64,000 nt of DNA, from positions 2,487 to 66,486 of the forward strand of contig JAHFUA010000004.1 in the NCBI GenBank assembly GCA_023265315.1, written 5' to 3'. Each line of letters starts with the position of its first letter. Position 1 is the stretch's first letter. Below the pieces are notes generated by a model that was given only the letters and a program-made list of their open reading frames with translations, was not told the origin of the DNA and did not search any database. Below, one piece after another: positions 36,756 to 46,299 of the stretch. This DNA comes from Acidobacteriota bacterium. Its GTDB lineage: Bacteria; Acidobacteriota; Terriglobia; Terriglobales; Acidobacteriaceae. The translations under genes were made by a program, and so were the position numbers.

Positions 36756-36776
36756 GGTTAAAGTTTTACTTTAACC
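36756..36776. terminator. AT-rich hairpin GGTTAAAG-TTTTA-CTTTAACC between convergent ggt and kinase genes
   Basis: 8-bp perfect stem overlapping the kinase stop codon. No flanking U-run, so the terminator function is speculative. Confidence 0.3.
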
Positions 36777-39450
36777 CTTCCACCAGGTAGAGGTCGGAGA
36801 GTAGCCGCCGGTAGCCATACACATACGCCTTGCCGTCGGGCGTGGGCAGGATGGGTCCCACGTATTCGACGCCGGCGGGATCGGGCGGCATCAGTTCGTG
36901 CCACAGCTTCCTTTGTCCCGTGGTCAGGTCCAGGCGATAGACCTTGGCCGGCAATTCCCCCGGGCGATAGACGAACAACGTATTGCCGTCCGCACCCCAC
37001 ACAATCGGCACTTCTCCCGCAGCCATGCCGGGGATGGGCCGCGGCGAGCCGCCTCCGATCGGATACAGATAGGACTTCTCGTCGGCCGCAGCCGCCGCCA
37101 CCGTCTTGCCATCGCGCGAGAGCGCGAAGTAAAGAACGTTGATACCTTCAGGAGTGACGGGCTGCGGCTTCCCGCCTTGCACATCCTGCACATAGAGACG
37201 GGCTCCCTTCCCCGGCTCCGCGCCCGAGAAGAGGAACTTGCCGCCGTCAGGGAACCAAACGGCAGCACTGTGATTCACGGTGCCTTGCGACAGAAGTTTG
37301 GCTTCACCCGGCCCCGTAGGCACCAGAAAGAGGTCTGTCGGCCGATCGCCGCGGGTGGAGAGCGCCCACTTGCCATCGGGAGACAGCGCCAGAGAAGAGC
37401 CATCGCCCAGCCGCACGGCTGCCGATCCATCCGTATTGCGAATATAAACGGCGTAGGTCGAGCCGCCGGCTTCGCCTTCCTCGCGAAACAACAGGGACTT
37501 GCCATCGGCCGAGAGCGAAGCCGGATACGACCAGTCCAGCCAGGTCAGATCGTGCTCTGTGTCTTGCCCAGGAGCCTTGGCGATGATGCCGCGGCGCCAG
37601 TTGTCGCGGCCCAGCAGGACGGTGCCGTCGCGCCAGGTGTCTTGTACCGTCAAATCCGCCGGCACGCGCGCCACTAGGCGCTGCCGCCCGGAGGGCGTGA
37701 CCGCGTACAGGGCGCGGTCAATGCCCACCGTAGCTGCGGTGTACCAGATCTCGTCGCCCGACGGCGACCAGGCCAGCCCCATGGCCCCGCCGGGAGCTTC
37801 CTTGGTCAGGTTTTTCTTGACTCCGGAAGTGTCCACCAGGGCGATGGAGCCAATGGTGTCGCCCTGCACCGGGTGATCGATGAACGCCACCTGGTCGCCT
37901 CGGCGCGAGATGCGCGGATGGCTGATCCAGCCGCTGGTCTCATATAGGGTTTTGCCGATGGGAAATTCCAGACGGTCCTTGCCCCCGAGGTTGCGCACCA
38001 CCGCCAGCGAGCTGCCGTCGGGCGACCAATCCGCCCAGTTCACGTTCTCCAGCACCTGGCGCGGGGCGCCGCCCACCAGCGGCATGCGGGCCAGCGTGCC
38101 GTTGAAGACCATGTTCTTGATCTGCCGGCTGTCGAGCGAAAGCGCCAGCTCGCCGGTAGAAGAGATGGCCAGGATCTCCGACCCGGCAACGCCCAGCGAG
38201 CGCGACTCCGGGCTGCCCACGCGGGTGGTAAAGACGTCCGTGGGTTTGCCTTCCCAGGCCGCGCCGTACACGATGGTCTGCCCATCGGGCGCGAAGCGCG
38301 CCATGCGGATGGTGCCGCGACGGTAGGTGAGCAGATGATAGAGCGGAGGAGGCGTCTCACCCATGCGGCGTCCCACCACGAACGCTGCCCCTACCAGCAC
38401 TAGCGCGATTAGAGCACCTGCAATCAGCGCCCAGCGACCGGCTGCCGCTTTGGGCCGCGCAACCGGCGCGGCCGCGGCCACGGCCGTGCCGGATTCCGTC
38501 GCCACCGCCGCCGCCGTGCGCGAGGAATCGCTGTCGCGCTTCAGCCGCTTCAGGTCGGCACGCAGCTCGGCGGCCGTCTGGTAGCGCATCTCCAAATCTT
38601 TGTCGAGCAGCTTGCCGACAATCTCTTCCAGCTTGGGCGGCAGGTTGGGATTGAGCGCGCGCACCGCCGGCGGCATCTTTTCCAAGATGGCATGAAAGAT
38701 CACCGCCGAGGTGGTGCCGGAGAACGCCTGCTTGCCGGTGGCCATCTCGTAGAGCACGACCCCGAAGGAGAACAGGTCGCTGCGCGCGTCCAGCTCTTCT
38801 CCGCGCGCCTGCTCCGGAGACATGTAGGCGACCGTGCCCACGGCCGAGCCGGGGCTGGTGAGATGCGTGCCCACCGTGGGCGCGGCCGAGACTCCCACCG
38901 CCGCGTGCCTGGGCTCGGCAACCAGCTTGGCCAGCCCGAAGTCCAGCACCTTGGCCTGGCCGCGCGGGCCCACGAAGATGTTGGCGGGCTTGATGTCGCG
39001 ATGCACGATGCCCTTGGAGTGCGCGGCATCGAGCGCGTCGGCGATCTGTATGCCGAGATCGAGGATCTGGTCGAGCTTGAGCGGCTTGCCCTCGATGCGA
39101 TGCTTCAGCGTCTCACCTTCCAGAAACTCCATGGCGATGAAGTTCTCGCCCTGGTCCTCGCCGACCTCATAGATGGTGCAGATGTGAGGATGGTTGAGCG
39201 CCGAGGCGGCGCGCGCCTCGCGCTGAAAGCGCAACAGCGCCTGCTGGTCGCGGGAGACTTCTTCCGGCAGGAACTTGAGCGCGACCATGCGGCCGAGCTT
39301 GGTGTCCTCCGCCTTGTACACCACGCCCATGCCCCCGCCCCCCAGCTTGCTGAGGACGCGATAGTGGGAAATTGTGCGGCCGATCAAGGAATAGCCCCCG
39401 CGGGTGTGGCGGCCATAGTAGGGCCGAGGACGAGCCGGAGTCAACGCCAA
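36766..39450 (-). CDS. Ser/Thr protein kinase with TM segment and C-terminal TolB-like (PD40/WD40-like) beta-propeller
   Basis: [31 protein letters not shown]. One TM ([20 protein letters not shown]). About 540-aa propeller-like region. TTG start. Confidence 0.88.
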   Translation of the reverse strand: MALTPARPRPYYGRHTRGGYSLIGRTISHYRVLSKLGGGGMGVVYKAEDTKLGRMVALKFLPEEVSRDQQALLRFQREARAASALNHPHICTIYEVGEDQGENFIAMEFLEGETLKHRIEGKPLKLDQILDLGIQIADALDAAHSKGIVHRDIKPANIFVGPRGQAKVLDFGLAKLVAEPRHAAVGVSAAPTVGTHLTSPGSAVGTVAYMSPEQARGEELDARSDLFSFGVVLYEMATGKQAFSGTTSAVIFHAILEKMPPAVRALNPNLPPKLEEIVGKLLDKDLEMRYQTAAELRADLKRLKRDSDSSRTAAAVATESGTAVAAAAPVARPKAAAGRWALIAGALIALVLVGAAFVVGRRMGETPPPLYHLLTYRRGTIRMARFAPDGQTIVYGAAWEGKPTDVFTTRVGSPESRSLGVAGSEILAISSTGELALSLDSRQIKNMVFNGTLARMPLVGGAPRQVLENVNWADWSPDGSSLAVVRNLGGKDRLEFPIGKTLYETSGWISHPRISRRGDQVAFIDHPVQGDTIGSIALVDTSGVKKNLTKEAPGGAMGLAWSPSGDEIWYTAATVGIDRALYAVTPSGRQRLVARVPADLTVQDTWRDGTVLLGRDNWRRGIIAKAPGQDTEHDLTWLDWSYPASLSADGKSLLFREEGEAGGSTYAVYIRNTDGSAAVRLGDGSSLALSPDGKWALSTRGDRPTDLFLVPTGPGEAKLLSQGTVNHSAAVWFPDGGKFLFSGAEPGKGARLYVQDVQGGKPQPVTPEGINVLYFALSRDGKTVAAAAADEKSYLYPIGGGSPRPIPGMAAGEVPIVWGADGNTLFVYRPGELPAKVYRLDLTTGQRKLWHELMPPDPAGVEYVGPILPTPDGKAYVYGYRRLLSDLYLVEGLK

Positions 39451-39512
39451 CCGCGGATGAAAACAGAAGCACCGAGGACGCTAAGGCCCGTAGGGCCGCT
39501 CATGGTGACGTT

Positions 39513-39547
39513 GCTAAGTGCTGATTGGCAAGTGCTGACGGCCGCTC
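39513..39547. repeat. heptamer array GCTAAGT GCTGATT GGCAAGT GCTGACG GCCGCTC
   Basis: Period 7, including the 14-nt-spaced direct repeat AAGTGCTGA. It ends 2 nt before the stop codon at 39550. Confidence 0.65.
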
Positions 39548-39549
39548 CG

Positions 39550-40044
39550 CTAGTACTGCAGGTTGTTGATGGCCCCGCCGAGGTGCACGCTGCTCGCGCC
39601 CAGGAGCGGCATCTTCCACAGCTTGTCGTGGCCGCTGCGCTTCAGGCGATAGGCCAGATAGGCCAGGGCGGCGTCGGTGACGCCCACGGTAGCATAGAAA
39701 CGGGCGCGATCCGGATGCGAGCCCAGCAGCGGATTCAGTTCCCGCCGTCCCGGAGTCTGGAGACCGCGGATGGTGGTCTCTCCATCCAGCACCGCGCTGC
39801 CCGCGGTGAAAGCGACCATTGTCCAGAACTGGCGATCGGCGAAGCGTTGTTCGCCGGCAGCCGGCGGCACCATGCGGATGGCGCTGCGGCTCGAGCTCAC
39901 CCGCGGCTCCGGCGCAGAAATCATCGGCTCGGCCGCGGAAACGGACGCGCTCAAACCCGGCGTCTGCTGCGCCCGCGCCACACCCGACGCCATCCCCAGC
40001 GCCAGCCCCAGAACCACTGCCCAGTTACTCCGGTAATGCACCAT
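39550..40044 (-). CDS. secreted hypothetical protein
   Basis: ATG 40044 follows GGAGGCAGC. Signal peptide WAVVLGLALGMASGVARAQ. No family recognised. Confidence 0.5.
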   Translation of the reverse strand: MVHYRSNWAVVLGLALGMASGVARAQQTPGLSASVSAAEPMISAPEPRVSSSRSAIRMVPPAAGEQRFADRQFWTMVAFTAGSAVLDGETTIRGLQTPGRRELNPLLGSHPDRARFYATVGVTDAALAYLAYRLKRSGHDKLWKMPLLGASSVHLGGAINNLQY

Positions 40045-40169
40045 GCTGCCTCCTGGAAATCCGGTTGCGCTGGGGGGACTGGGGGGACAGCAGCGGTGAA
40101 AGCGCAATCCTCCGACCATGCTAAGCGGCCGGGTTTCTATGGAGTTGCAAAAGAACTCACTAGTACCTA

Positions 40170-40183
40170 TGCAAAACTTTGCA
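40170..40183. promoter_or_regulatory. 14-nt perfect palindrome TGCAAAACTTTGCA (candidate operator)
   Basis: Read directly in a lower-GC divergent intergenic region, about 190 nt upstream of the ferredoxin gene. Confidence 0.25.
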
Positions 40184-40375
40184 GCTTGCACCTTAGGACA
40201 TTCCCTATCCGCACTGTGGTTATCGGCACCCGAGCCCGTTTCCTTTGCTGGCTGGTTACTTTGGTGCGCGGCAACAATGTGATCCGCGCACAATGCGGCG
40301 TGACGTAAATCACAGCCGGCCGGAAGCCGCTCTCCGTACTCTCACCTTGCGCACATTTTTTTTGAGGAGATCCTC

Positions 40376-40627
40376 ATGGCCTACGTCATTACCGATTCCT
40401 GCATCAAGGACGCGCTCTGCGTGGACGTCTGTCCGGTGGACTGCATCCATCCCAAGAAGGACGAGCCGCAGTTCGAGGCTGCCACCCAGATGTACGTCAG
40501 CCCGGCGGAGTGCATCGATTGCGGGGCTTGCGTGCCGGTATGCACCTCCGACTCCATCCATCCCGCCGACGACGTTCCGGAGGACAAGAAGGAATTCATC
40601 GAGAAGAACGCGGCGTACTTCAACTGA
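40376..40627 (+). CDS. ferredoxin (7Fe-type, [3Fe-4S][4Fe-4S]-like)
   Basis: 83 aa with Cys patterns CIKDALCVDVCP and CIDCGACVPVC. RBS GAGGAG. Confidence 0.85.
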   Translation: MAYVITDSCIKDALCVDVCPVDCIHPKKDEPQFEAATQMYVSPAECIDCGACVPVCTSDSIHPADDVPEDKKEFIEKNAAYFN

Positions 40628-40642
40628 GAGATCCGCTTGCAT

Positions 40643-40670
40643 GCAGAGAGGCAGCATGCTGCGTCTCTGC
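40643..40670. repeat. palindrome family P copy (GCAGAGAGGCAGCATGCTGCGTCTCTGC), 1 mismatch
   Basis: 28-nt palindrome starting 16 nt after the ferredoxin stop. Confidence 0.85.
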
Positions 40671-40725
40671 GAAAGCTCTTTCGCAGGGCGCCCGCCCTGA
40701 ACTTGGGCTAGTAAACTGTCTGGCC

Positions 40726-41337
40726 ATGCGGCGCGTTCTCATCGCCACCTCGAACCCTGGCAAGCTGCGCGACTTCGCGGGCGCGGCTGCGGCGCACGGG
40801 ATCACGGTGGCTTCCCTGCCCGACTTCGATTCCTTGCCCGGCGTGCGTGAGGACGGCGCCACCTTCGAAGCCAACGCCCGCAAGAAGGCCGAGCACTACA
40901 GCCGCTTCGCGCCCGGCGAGATCGTGCTGGCCGACGATTCCGGCCTGGAAGTGGACGCCCTGGGAGGCGCGCCCGGCGTGCACTCGGCGCGCTACGCCGC
41001 GACCTCGCCCCAAGGCAATGCCGATGACCGCGCCAACAACGCCCGCCTGCTGCGCGAACTCTCCCACGTCGCCGACCACACCGCGCGTTTCGTTTGCGTA
41101 ATCGCCGCCGCGCGCGACGGGCGCACGCTCTCCACCTTCCGCGGCGAAGCCCGGGGCCGCATCCTCGACGCACCCCGCGGCTGGGGCGGCTTCGGCTACG
41201 ATCCTCTGTTCTTGTTCCCCGCCCTCGGCAAGACCTTCGCCGAACTCACCCCGCAAGAAAAAGCCGGCGTCAGCCATCGCGGCGCCGCCTTCGGCAAATT
41301 CCTCGAGTGGTACGAACGCCAACAGCCGCTGCGGTAA
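40726..41337 (+). CDS. rdgB: RdgB/HAM1 non-canonical purine NTP pyrophosphatase
   Basis: Motifs ATSNPGKLRDF, DDSGLEVDALGGAPGV, GYDPLF and SHRG. Confidence 0.88.
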   Translation: MRRVLIATSNPGKLRDFAGAAAAHGITVASLPDFDSLPGVREDGATFEANARKKAEHYSRFAPGEIVLADDSGLEVDALGGAPGVHSARYAATSPQGNADDRANNARLLRELSHVADHTARFVCVIAAARDGRTLSTFRGEARGRILDAPRGWGGFGYDPLFLFPALGKTFAELTPQEKAGVSHRGAAFGKFLEWYERQQPLR

Positions 41338-41358
41338 ATCTCGTTCGCGTCCAATGGC

Positions 41359-41376
41359 ATGTGACGGGCATCACAT
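41359..41376. promoter_or_regulatory. CRP/FNR-type palindrome ATGTGA-CGGGCA-TCACAT
   Basis: Perfect TGTGA-N6-TCACA core, about 27 nt upstream of the -35 element of the sdh promoter candidate. Confidence 0.4.
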
Positions 41377-41394
41377 AGAGGGGTGCGGTATTTC

Positions 41395-41424
41395 TTGACT
41401 CGCCGCTCGGCGGAAACCCATAAT
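41395..41424 (+). promoter_or_regulatory. sigma70-like promoter candidate TTGACT-18 nt-CATAAT upstream of sdhC
   Basis: Hexamers read directly, about 50 nt upstream of sdhC ATG (RBS AAGGAG at 41460). Confidence 0.45.
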
Positions 41425-41476
41425 TCAGGGTTCTTCCCGTTTTGGCGCGGTCCTTATATAAGGAGTCGGTTTCGTT

Positions 41477-42259
41477 ATGGCATCCTACAACCCTCCTCTC
41501 ACCACCACTTCGCAGAAGATCGAGGATGGCGTTGCGGCCTTGCGCGTCGGCCAGGGCCAGCAGTTCTTCTGGCGCCGCCTGCATTCCCTCACCGGCATCA
41601 TCCCCGTGGGCGTCTTTCTCCTGGAACACATCCTTTTTTCCAACGCCACCGCGCTGAATGGTCCGGAGGCGTACGCCAACCAGGTGAAGCTGCTGGGGTC
41701 GCTGCCGCTGGTGACGGCGATCGAGGCCGTGTTCATCTGGCTGCCCATCGCCTTCCATGGCCTCTACGGCTTTTACATCTGGTACCGCGGCGATTCGAAT
41801 GTGGGCGCTGCTTATCCCTGGACCGGCAACTGGATGTACACCCTGCAGCGCTGGACCGGCGCCATCGCTTTCTTCTACATCGGCTGGCACGTCTGGCATC
41901 TGCGCTTCGCCGGCATCGACCTGCACGCGCATCCGGGCGCTTCCTTCGGCAAGGTCCAGAGCGAGCTGATGATCGGCTGGCAACTGGCGTTCTACATCGT
42001 CGGTCTGGTCTCAGCCTCCTGGCATTTTTCTTACGGCCTGTGGTTGTTCTGCGCCAAGTGGGGGATCACGGTGGGCGAGCGTGCCCGGCGCCGTTTCCTA
42101 GCGGTGTGCCTGGCGCTGTTTCTGCTCATCACCGGCGTCGGCCTGGCCAGCCTGCGTAGTTTCCTGATCACTCCCCGGCAGCCGGTGGAGGTGAACGCCG
42201 GGCAGTTGCAAACGGCTCCCGCTCCTGGTTCAGCGGCCGCGGCGGTCGGCAAGCATTGA
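41477..42259 (+). CDS. sdhC: succinate dehydrogenase/fumarate reductase cytochrome b subunit, b558 family
   Basis: 260 aa, 5 predicted TM with conserved His residues. First gene of sdhCAB. Confidence 0.85.
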   Translation: MASYNPPLTTTSQKIEDGVAALRVGQGQQFFWRRLHSLTGIIPVGVFLLEHILFSNATALNGPEAYANQVKLLGSLPLVTAIEAVFIWLPIAFHGLYGFYIWYRGDSNVGAAYPWTGNWMYTLQRWTGAIAFFYIGWHVWHLRFAGIDLHAHPGASFGKVQSELMIGWQLAFYIVGLVSASWHFSYGLWLFCAKWGITVGERARRRFLAVCLALFLLITGVGLASLRSFLITPRQPVEVNAGQLQTAPAPGSAAAAVGKH

Positions 42260-42274
42260 GAAGGTCATTTATAT

Positions 42275-44056
42275 ATGGCAACTAATCCTAAGATCATCGT
42301 AGTGGGAGGCGGCCTGGCGGGGCTCTCCGCGGTCATCAAGATCGCCGAAATGGGCGGGCAGGTGGAGCTTTTTTCCATCGTGCCCGTCAAGCGCTCGCAC
42401 TCGGTCTGCGCCCAGGGCGGCATCAACGCCGCCAAAAACCTGAAGGGCGAAGGCGACTCCACCTGGATACACTTCGACGACACCATCTACGGTGGCGACT
42501 TCCTCGCCAACCAGCCTCCGGTGAAAGACATGTGCGAGGCCGCGCCCGGCATCATCGACCTGCTGGACCGCATGGGCGTTCCCTTCAACCGCACCCCGGA
42601 AGGCGTGCTCGACTTCCGCCGCTTCGGCGGCACGCTCTTCAACCGCACCGCCTTCGCCGGCGCCACTACCGGCCAGCAACTGCTCTACGCGCTTGACGAG
42701 CAGGTGCGCCGCTATGAAGCCGAAGGCAAGGTGACCAAGTACGAGCAGTGGGAGTTCCTCTCCGCCGTACTCGACGGCAGCGGCATCTGCCGCGGCATCT
42801 GCGCCCAGGACCTGCGCTCGATGGAGGTGCACACCTTCCCCGCCGACGCCGTCATCATCTGCACCGGCGGCATCGGGGCGATCTTCGGCAAGTCCACCAA
42901 CTCCGTAGTCTGCACCGGATCGGCGCAGTCGGCGCTCTATCAGCAAGGCGCGTACTACGCCAACGGCGAGTTCATCCAGGTGCACCCCACCTCGATCCCC
43001 GGGGAGGACAAGCTGCGGCTGATGTCGGAATCGGCGCGCGGTGAGGGTGGACGCGTGTGGGTGCCGAAGCAGGCGGGCGACAAGCGCGACCCGCGCAGCA
43101 TCCCGGAGAAAGAGCGCTGGTACTTCTTGGAAGAGTGGTATCCGAAATACGGAAATTTGGTGCCGCGCGACGTGGCCACGCGGGCCATCCACAAGGTGGT
43201 TTATGAGAACGGGCTGGGCATCGACGGCCAGCCCATGGTCTATCTCGACCTCACCCACATCGACCGCAAGATTCTGGACAAGAAGCTGGAAGGCATCCTG
43301 GAGATCTACGAAAAGTTCGTGGGTGACGACCCGCGCGACGTGCCCATGAAGATCTTCCCCGGCATGCACTACACCATGGGCGGGCTGTGGATCGACTTCC
43401 AGCAGGCTACCAATATCTCCGGGCTGTACTCGGCGGGCGAGTGCGAGTACCAGTACCACGGCGCCAACCGCCTGGGCGCGAACTCGCTGGTCTCCTGCAT
43501 CTGGGGCGGCTTCGTGGCCGGGCCGGCGGCGGTGAACTACGCCAAGAACGTGGAGGGGCTCTCCTCCAACGGCTGCTTCGATTCCGAGAAAAAGCGGCAG
43601 GAGGAGATCAACTCAGAGCTGATGAAGTCCGACGGCACGGAGAATCCCTTCCGCCTGTGGCGCGAGCTGGGCGACGTGATGACCAAGAATTGCACCGTCA
43701 TCCGCTACAACAAGCAGCTCCAAGAAACCGACGCCAAACTTTGCGAACTGCTGGAACGCTTCCGGCACGTGAACGTGAACGATAAGAACCTATGGGCGAA
43801 CACCACGGTGGTGTTCACGCGCCAGCTCTACAACATGCTGCAACTGGCGCGGGTGATCACCCAGGGAGCGGCGCTGCGCAACGAATCGCGCGGCGCCCAC
43901 TACAAGCCGGAGTTCCCCGAGCGCGATGACAAGAACTTTTTGAAGACCACCAAGGCGTCGTTCGCGCCCGATGCCGACGAGCCCAGGTTCGAGTTCGAGC
44001 CGGTGGACACGTCGCTGATCCCGCCGCGTCCGCGCAGATACGACGTGGCGGCGTAG
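42275..44056 (+). CDS. sdhA: succinate dehydrogenase/fumarate reductase flavoprotein subunit
   Basis: FAD motif VVGGGLAGL, covalent-FAD His context RSHSVCAQGGI, plus HYTMGG and NRLGANSL. Confidence 0.93.
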   Translation: MATNPKIIVVGGGLAGLSAVIKIAEMGGQVELFSIVPVKRSHSVCAQGGINAAKNLKGEGDSTWIHFDDTIYGGDFLANQPPVKDMCEAAPGIIDLLDRMGVPFNRTPEGVLDFRRFGGTLFNRTAFAGATTGQQLLYALDEQVRRYEAEGKVTKYEQWEFLSAVLDGSGICRGICAQDLRSMEVHTFPADAVIICTGGIGAIFGKSTNSVVCTGSAQSALYQQGAYYANGEFIQVHPTSIPGEDKLRLMSESARGEGGRVWVPKQAGDKRDPRSIPEKERWYFLEEWYPKYGNLVPRDVATRAIHKVVYENGLGIDGQPMVYLDLTHIDRKILDKKLEGILEIYEKFVGDDPRDVPMKIFPGMHYTMGGLWIDFQQATNISGLYSAGECEYQYHGANRLGANSLVSCIWGGFVAGPAAVNYAKNVEGLSSNGCFDSEKKRQEEINSELMKSDGTENPFRLWRELGDVMTKNCTVIRYNKQLQETDAKLCELLERFRHVNVNDKNLWANTTVVFTRQLYNMLQLARVITQGAALRNESRGAHYKPEFPERDDKNFLKTTKASFAPDADEPRFEFEPVDTSLIPPRPRRYDVAA

Positions 44057-44057
44057 C

Positions 44058-44130
44058 GGGATGACAGAAAGATAAGGTAACGCGGGTATGGCACAGTTAA
44101 AGCTGTGCCCTCCCGGCGCTCCGGATGACA
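44058..44130. repeat. family-A-related composite (GGGATGACA ... GGCACAG-TTAAAG-CTGTGCC hairpin ... GGATGACA)
   Basis: Begins 2 nt after the sdhA stop. The reverse complement matches the hairpin + AT-rich spacer + TGTCATCC layout seen at 47648-47700. Confidence 0.7.
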
Positions 44131-44149
44131 GGTCATGAGGAGGACGTGA

Positions 44150-44302
44150 TTGCAACGGGCCATATCCATACTGAAATCCTGGCGTCTGTTCCTGATGGTG
44201 ACGGGCGTGATTTTACTGCTGGCCGGCTTCTATTCTCATAATCAGGCCCTGCAGGTAGCAGGTTTCTTAATCGCGATCTTTGGCGCTTTCGGCGGAGGCT
44301 GA
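44150..44302 (+). CDS. candidate small two-TM protein (50 aa) in the sdhA-sdhB spacer
   Basis: TTG lies 5 nt after GAGGAGGA. Translation MQRAISILKSWRLFLMVTGVILLLAGFYSHNQALQVAGFLIAIFGAFGGG. It is below the ORF-track cutoff, and its AT-rich codons (TTA, ATA) are atypical for this genome. Confidence 0.3.
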   Translation: MQRAISILKSWRLFLMVTGVILLLAGFYSHNQALQVAGFLIAIFGAFGGG

Positions 44303-44360
44303 AGGGGCGCCTGCGAGGTGTCAGGGACTGACGCCACGAATAAAACGGAACACGATCATC

Positions 44361-45113
44361 ATGGCTAATACCAAGACCGTACTTTTAAAGATCAAACGTC
44401 AAGCCGCTCCCGGTTCCAAGCCGTACTGGGAAGAATTTGCCCTGCCGTGGAGGCGGGGGATGAACGTGATCTCCTGCTTCATGGACATCGCCGCCAACCC
44501 GGTGACCCGCGAGGGCAAGCCCACCACCGCTATCTTCTACGAGTCGAACTGCTTGGAAGAAGTGTGCGGCTCCTGCGCCATGCTCATCAATGGGCGTACC
44601 CGCATGGCCTGCTCGGCGCTGGTTGACAATCTCGATCAGCCTATCCGCATTGAGCCCTTCACCAAGTTCCCGGTGGTGCGCGACCTGGCGGTAGACCGCC
44701 AGGTGTTGTTCGAGAACCTGAAGCGGGTGAAAGCCTGGGTGCCGGTGGACGGGACGTATGCCCTTGGCTCCGGCCCGCGCATGTCGCCCGAGGAGCAGGA
44801 GTACGCCTATCCGCTCTCGCGCTGCATCTCCTGCTGCTGTTGCATGGAGGCCTGCCCGCAGTTCAACGAGCAGACCGGCTTCGTGGGGGCAGCCGCCATT
44901 TCGCAGGTCCGCCTGTTCAACACCCATCCTACCGGTAAGGCGCTCAAGAGCGAGCGCCTGCACGCGCTGATGGGCGATGGCGGCATCCACGAGTGCGGCT
45001 ACGCGCAGAACTGCGTGGAGGTCTGCCCCAAGGACATCCCGCTGACCCGCTCCATCGCCGAAGTCGGCGGCGCGGTGATGAAGCAGGCGCTGTTCGATTT
45101 GTTCAAGCGCTAG
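44361..45113 (+). CDS. sdhB: succinate dehydrogenase/fumarate reductase iron-sulfur subunit
   Basis: Cys clusters CGSCAM, CISCCCCMEACP and CGYAQNCVEVCP. Confidence 0.92.
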   Translation: MANTKTVLLKIKRQAAPGSKPYWEEFALPWRRGMNVISCFMDIAANPVTREGKPTTAIFYESNCLEEVCGSCAMLINGRTRMACSALVDNLDQPIRIEPFTKFPVVRDLAVDRQVLFENLKRVKAWVPVDGTYALGSGPRMSPEEQEYAYPLSRCISCCCCMEACPQFNEQTGFVGAAAISQVRLFNTHPTGKALKSERLHALMGDGGIHECGYAQNCVEVCPKDIPLTRSIAEVGGAVMKQALFDLFKR

Positions 45114-45123
45114 GGGGAAAACC

Positions 45124-45151
45124 GTCGGCGGTCGTCGGTCGATGGTCGTTG
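45124..45151. repeat. heptamer array GTCGGCG GTCGTCG GTCGATG GTCGTTG
   Basis: Period 7, starting 11 nt after the sdhB stop. Confidence 0.8.
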
Positions 45152-45230
45152 GCAGAAGTCGACTAGCGAGCATCTAGTCTGGCCAACCGCAGAGGCCCGG
45201 AGACACGGAGGAAGCAAACTGGGTTGAAGC

Positions 45231-45354
45231 TGTCATCCTTCGCGAGCCGAAGGCGAGCGGAGGATCTGGCGAGAAGGCCTTCACCGCCAGACCCGGTTGC
45301 GCCGACGACCTCGCCAGATTCTCCCGCCTCCCTTTGGTCGGCGGAAGAATGACA
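45231..45354. repeat. inverted-repeat element, family A subfamily 1, 124 bp (twin of 2590-2713)
   Basis: Same termini (TGTCATCCTTCGCGAG...CGCCAGATTCTCCCGC...GGAAGAATGACA) and identical length. Explains spurious ORFs 45163..45513 and 45174..45491. Confidence 0.85.
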
Positions 45355-45362
45355 TTCGATTG

Positions 45363-45387
45363 GAGACGCGCTCCTTCGAAGCGTCTC
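45363..45387. repeat. hairpin GAGACGC-(GCTCCTTCGAA)-GCGTCTC, variant of palindrome family P
   Basis: Same GAGACGC stem as family P with a different loop, directly adjacent to the family-A copy. Confidence 0.6.
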
Positions 45388-45534
45388 AGACCTGGGATAC
45401 AGCCACAGCCATTGCGACACTGCGCTAAATCCTTGCCTCTCAACGAACCACTCCCTGCCGTACATGTCCTCTTGCTTCGCTTGGGTACCAAAGAGCCCCT
45501 TTCCAGTTACCACTGCCCCGCTACAATCCGAACA

Positions 45535-46281
45535 GTGACAGCGAAGTTCAGTGTAGTGAGGGCTCCGGTCGTGTATTTACGTAAACTGCGCACCTTCGTT
45601 CTGGTTCTGATCTCGCTGGCGGTGGCGTGCGTACAGGCTTTCGGCGCGCACGCGGCAATCGCGCATACCACGCGCAAGAGCCGCCGCGCCACTCGCCCCC
45701 GGCGCGTGCTCTGGAACCCGGTCTTGCGCGGCTCCTACGAGTCCATGCTGCGGCAGAACGAGGAGATCGACCGGCTGGAGCTTCCGCGCATCGCCGACGA
45801 GGTCGAGCTGGCGGAACTGGAAGCGCGGCATGATCTGGTGCCCATCGAAGAGACCGACGGGGTGCACGTCGCCATCCGCGAGGCCTCGCATCGCTACTGC
45901 CGTCCGTGGACGCTCACGTTCCTCCAGGACCTGGGCGAGGCCTACTACAAGGAGTTCGGCCAGCCCATCCAGGTGAACTCCGCCGTGCGCACCATGGAGT
46001 ACCAGCGCAAGCTGCGCCGCCACAACCGCAATGCCGCCCCCGAGGCGGGCGAGATCGCTTCCTCCCACCTGGGCGGCCTAACCGTGGACATCAACAAGCG
46101 CGGCCTCACCCGCAAGCAGCACAAGTTCATCGAAGACTACCTTTTCAATCTGCGTGAAGAAGGCATCATCGAGGTTGCCGAAGAGCGCCGCCAGCCGGTC
46201 TTCCACATTATGATCTCCGACCGGTATACTGAGTGGCGCGAGACCAACCGGCTCGTGAGTGAGCAATCCGGCAGTCAATAG
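45535..46281 (+). CDS. peptidase M15-like / DUF5715-like protein (LAS-type Zn hydrolase fold suspected)
   Basis: N-terminal TM/signal (LRTFVLVLISLAVACVQAFG) and SSHLGGLTVDI resembling the SxHxxGxAxD motif. The GTG 45535 start is uncertain. Confidence 0.45.
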   Translation: MTAKFSVVRAPVVYLRKLRTFVLVLISLAVACVQAFGAHAAIAHTTRKSRRATRPRRVLWNPVLRGSYESMLRQNEEIDRLELPRIADEVELAELEARHDLVPIEETDGVHVAIREASHRYCRPWTLTFLQDLGEAYYKEFGQPIQVNSAVRTMEYQRKLRRHNRNAAPEAGEIASSHLGGLTVDINKRGLTRKQHKFIEDYLFNLREEGIIEVAEERRQPVFHIMISDRYTEWRETNRLVSEQSGSQ

Positions 46282-46299
46282 TCTTCTCTCGCTATCCTG

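Noticed and set aside
38692-40308. 538-aa plus-strand ORF, and similar long shadow ORFs (1226..2275, 15420..16445, 22740..24149, 42269..43459, 47774..48889, 52301..53446)
   Set aside because: All of them overlap, on the opposite strand or in another frame, genes with strong family signatures. None shows conserved motifs.
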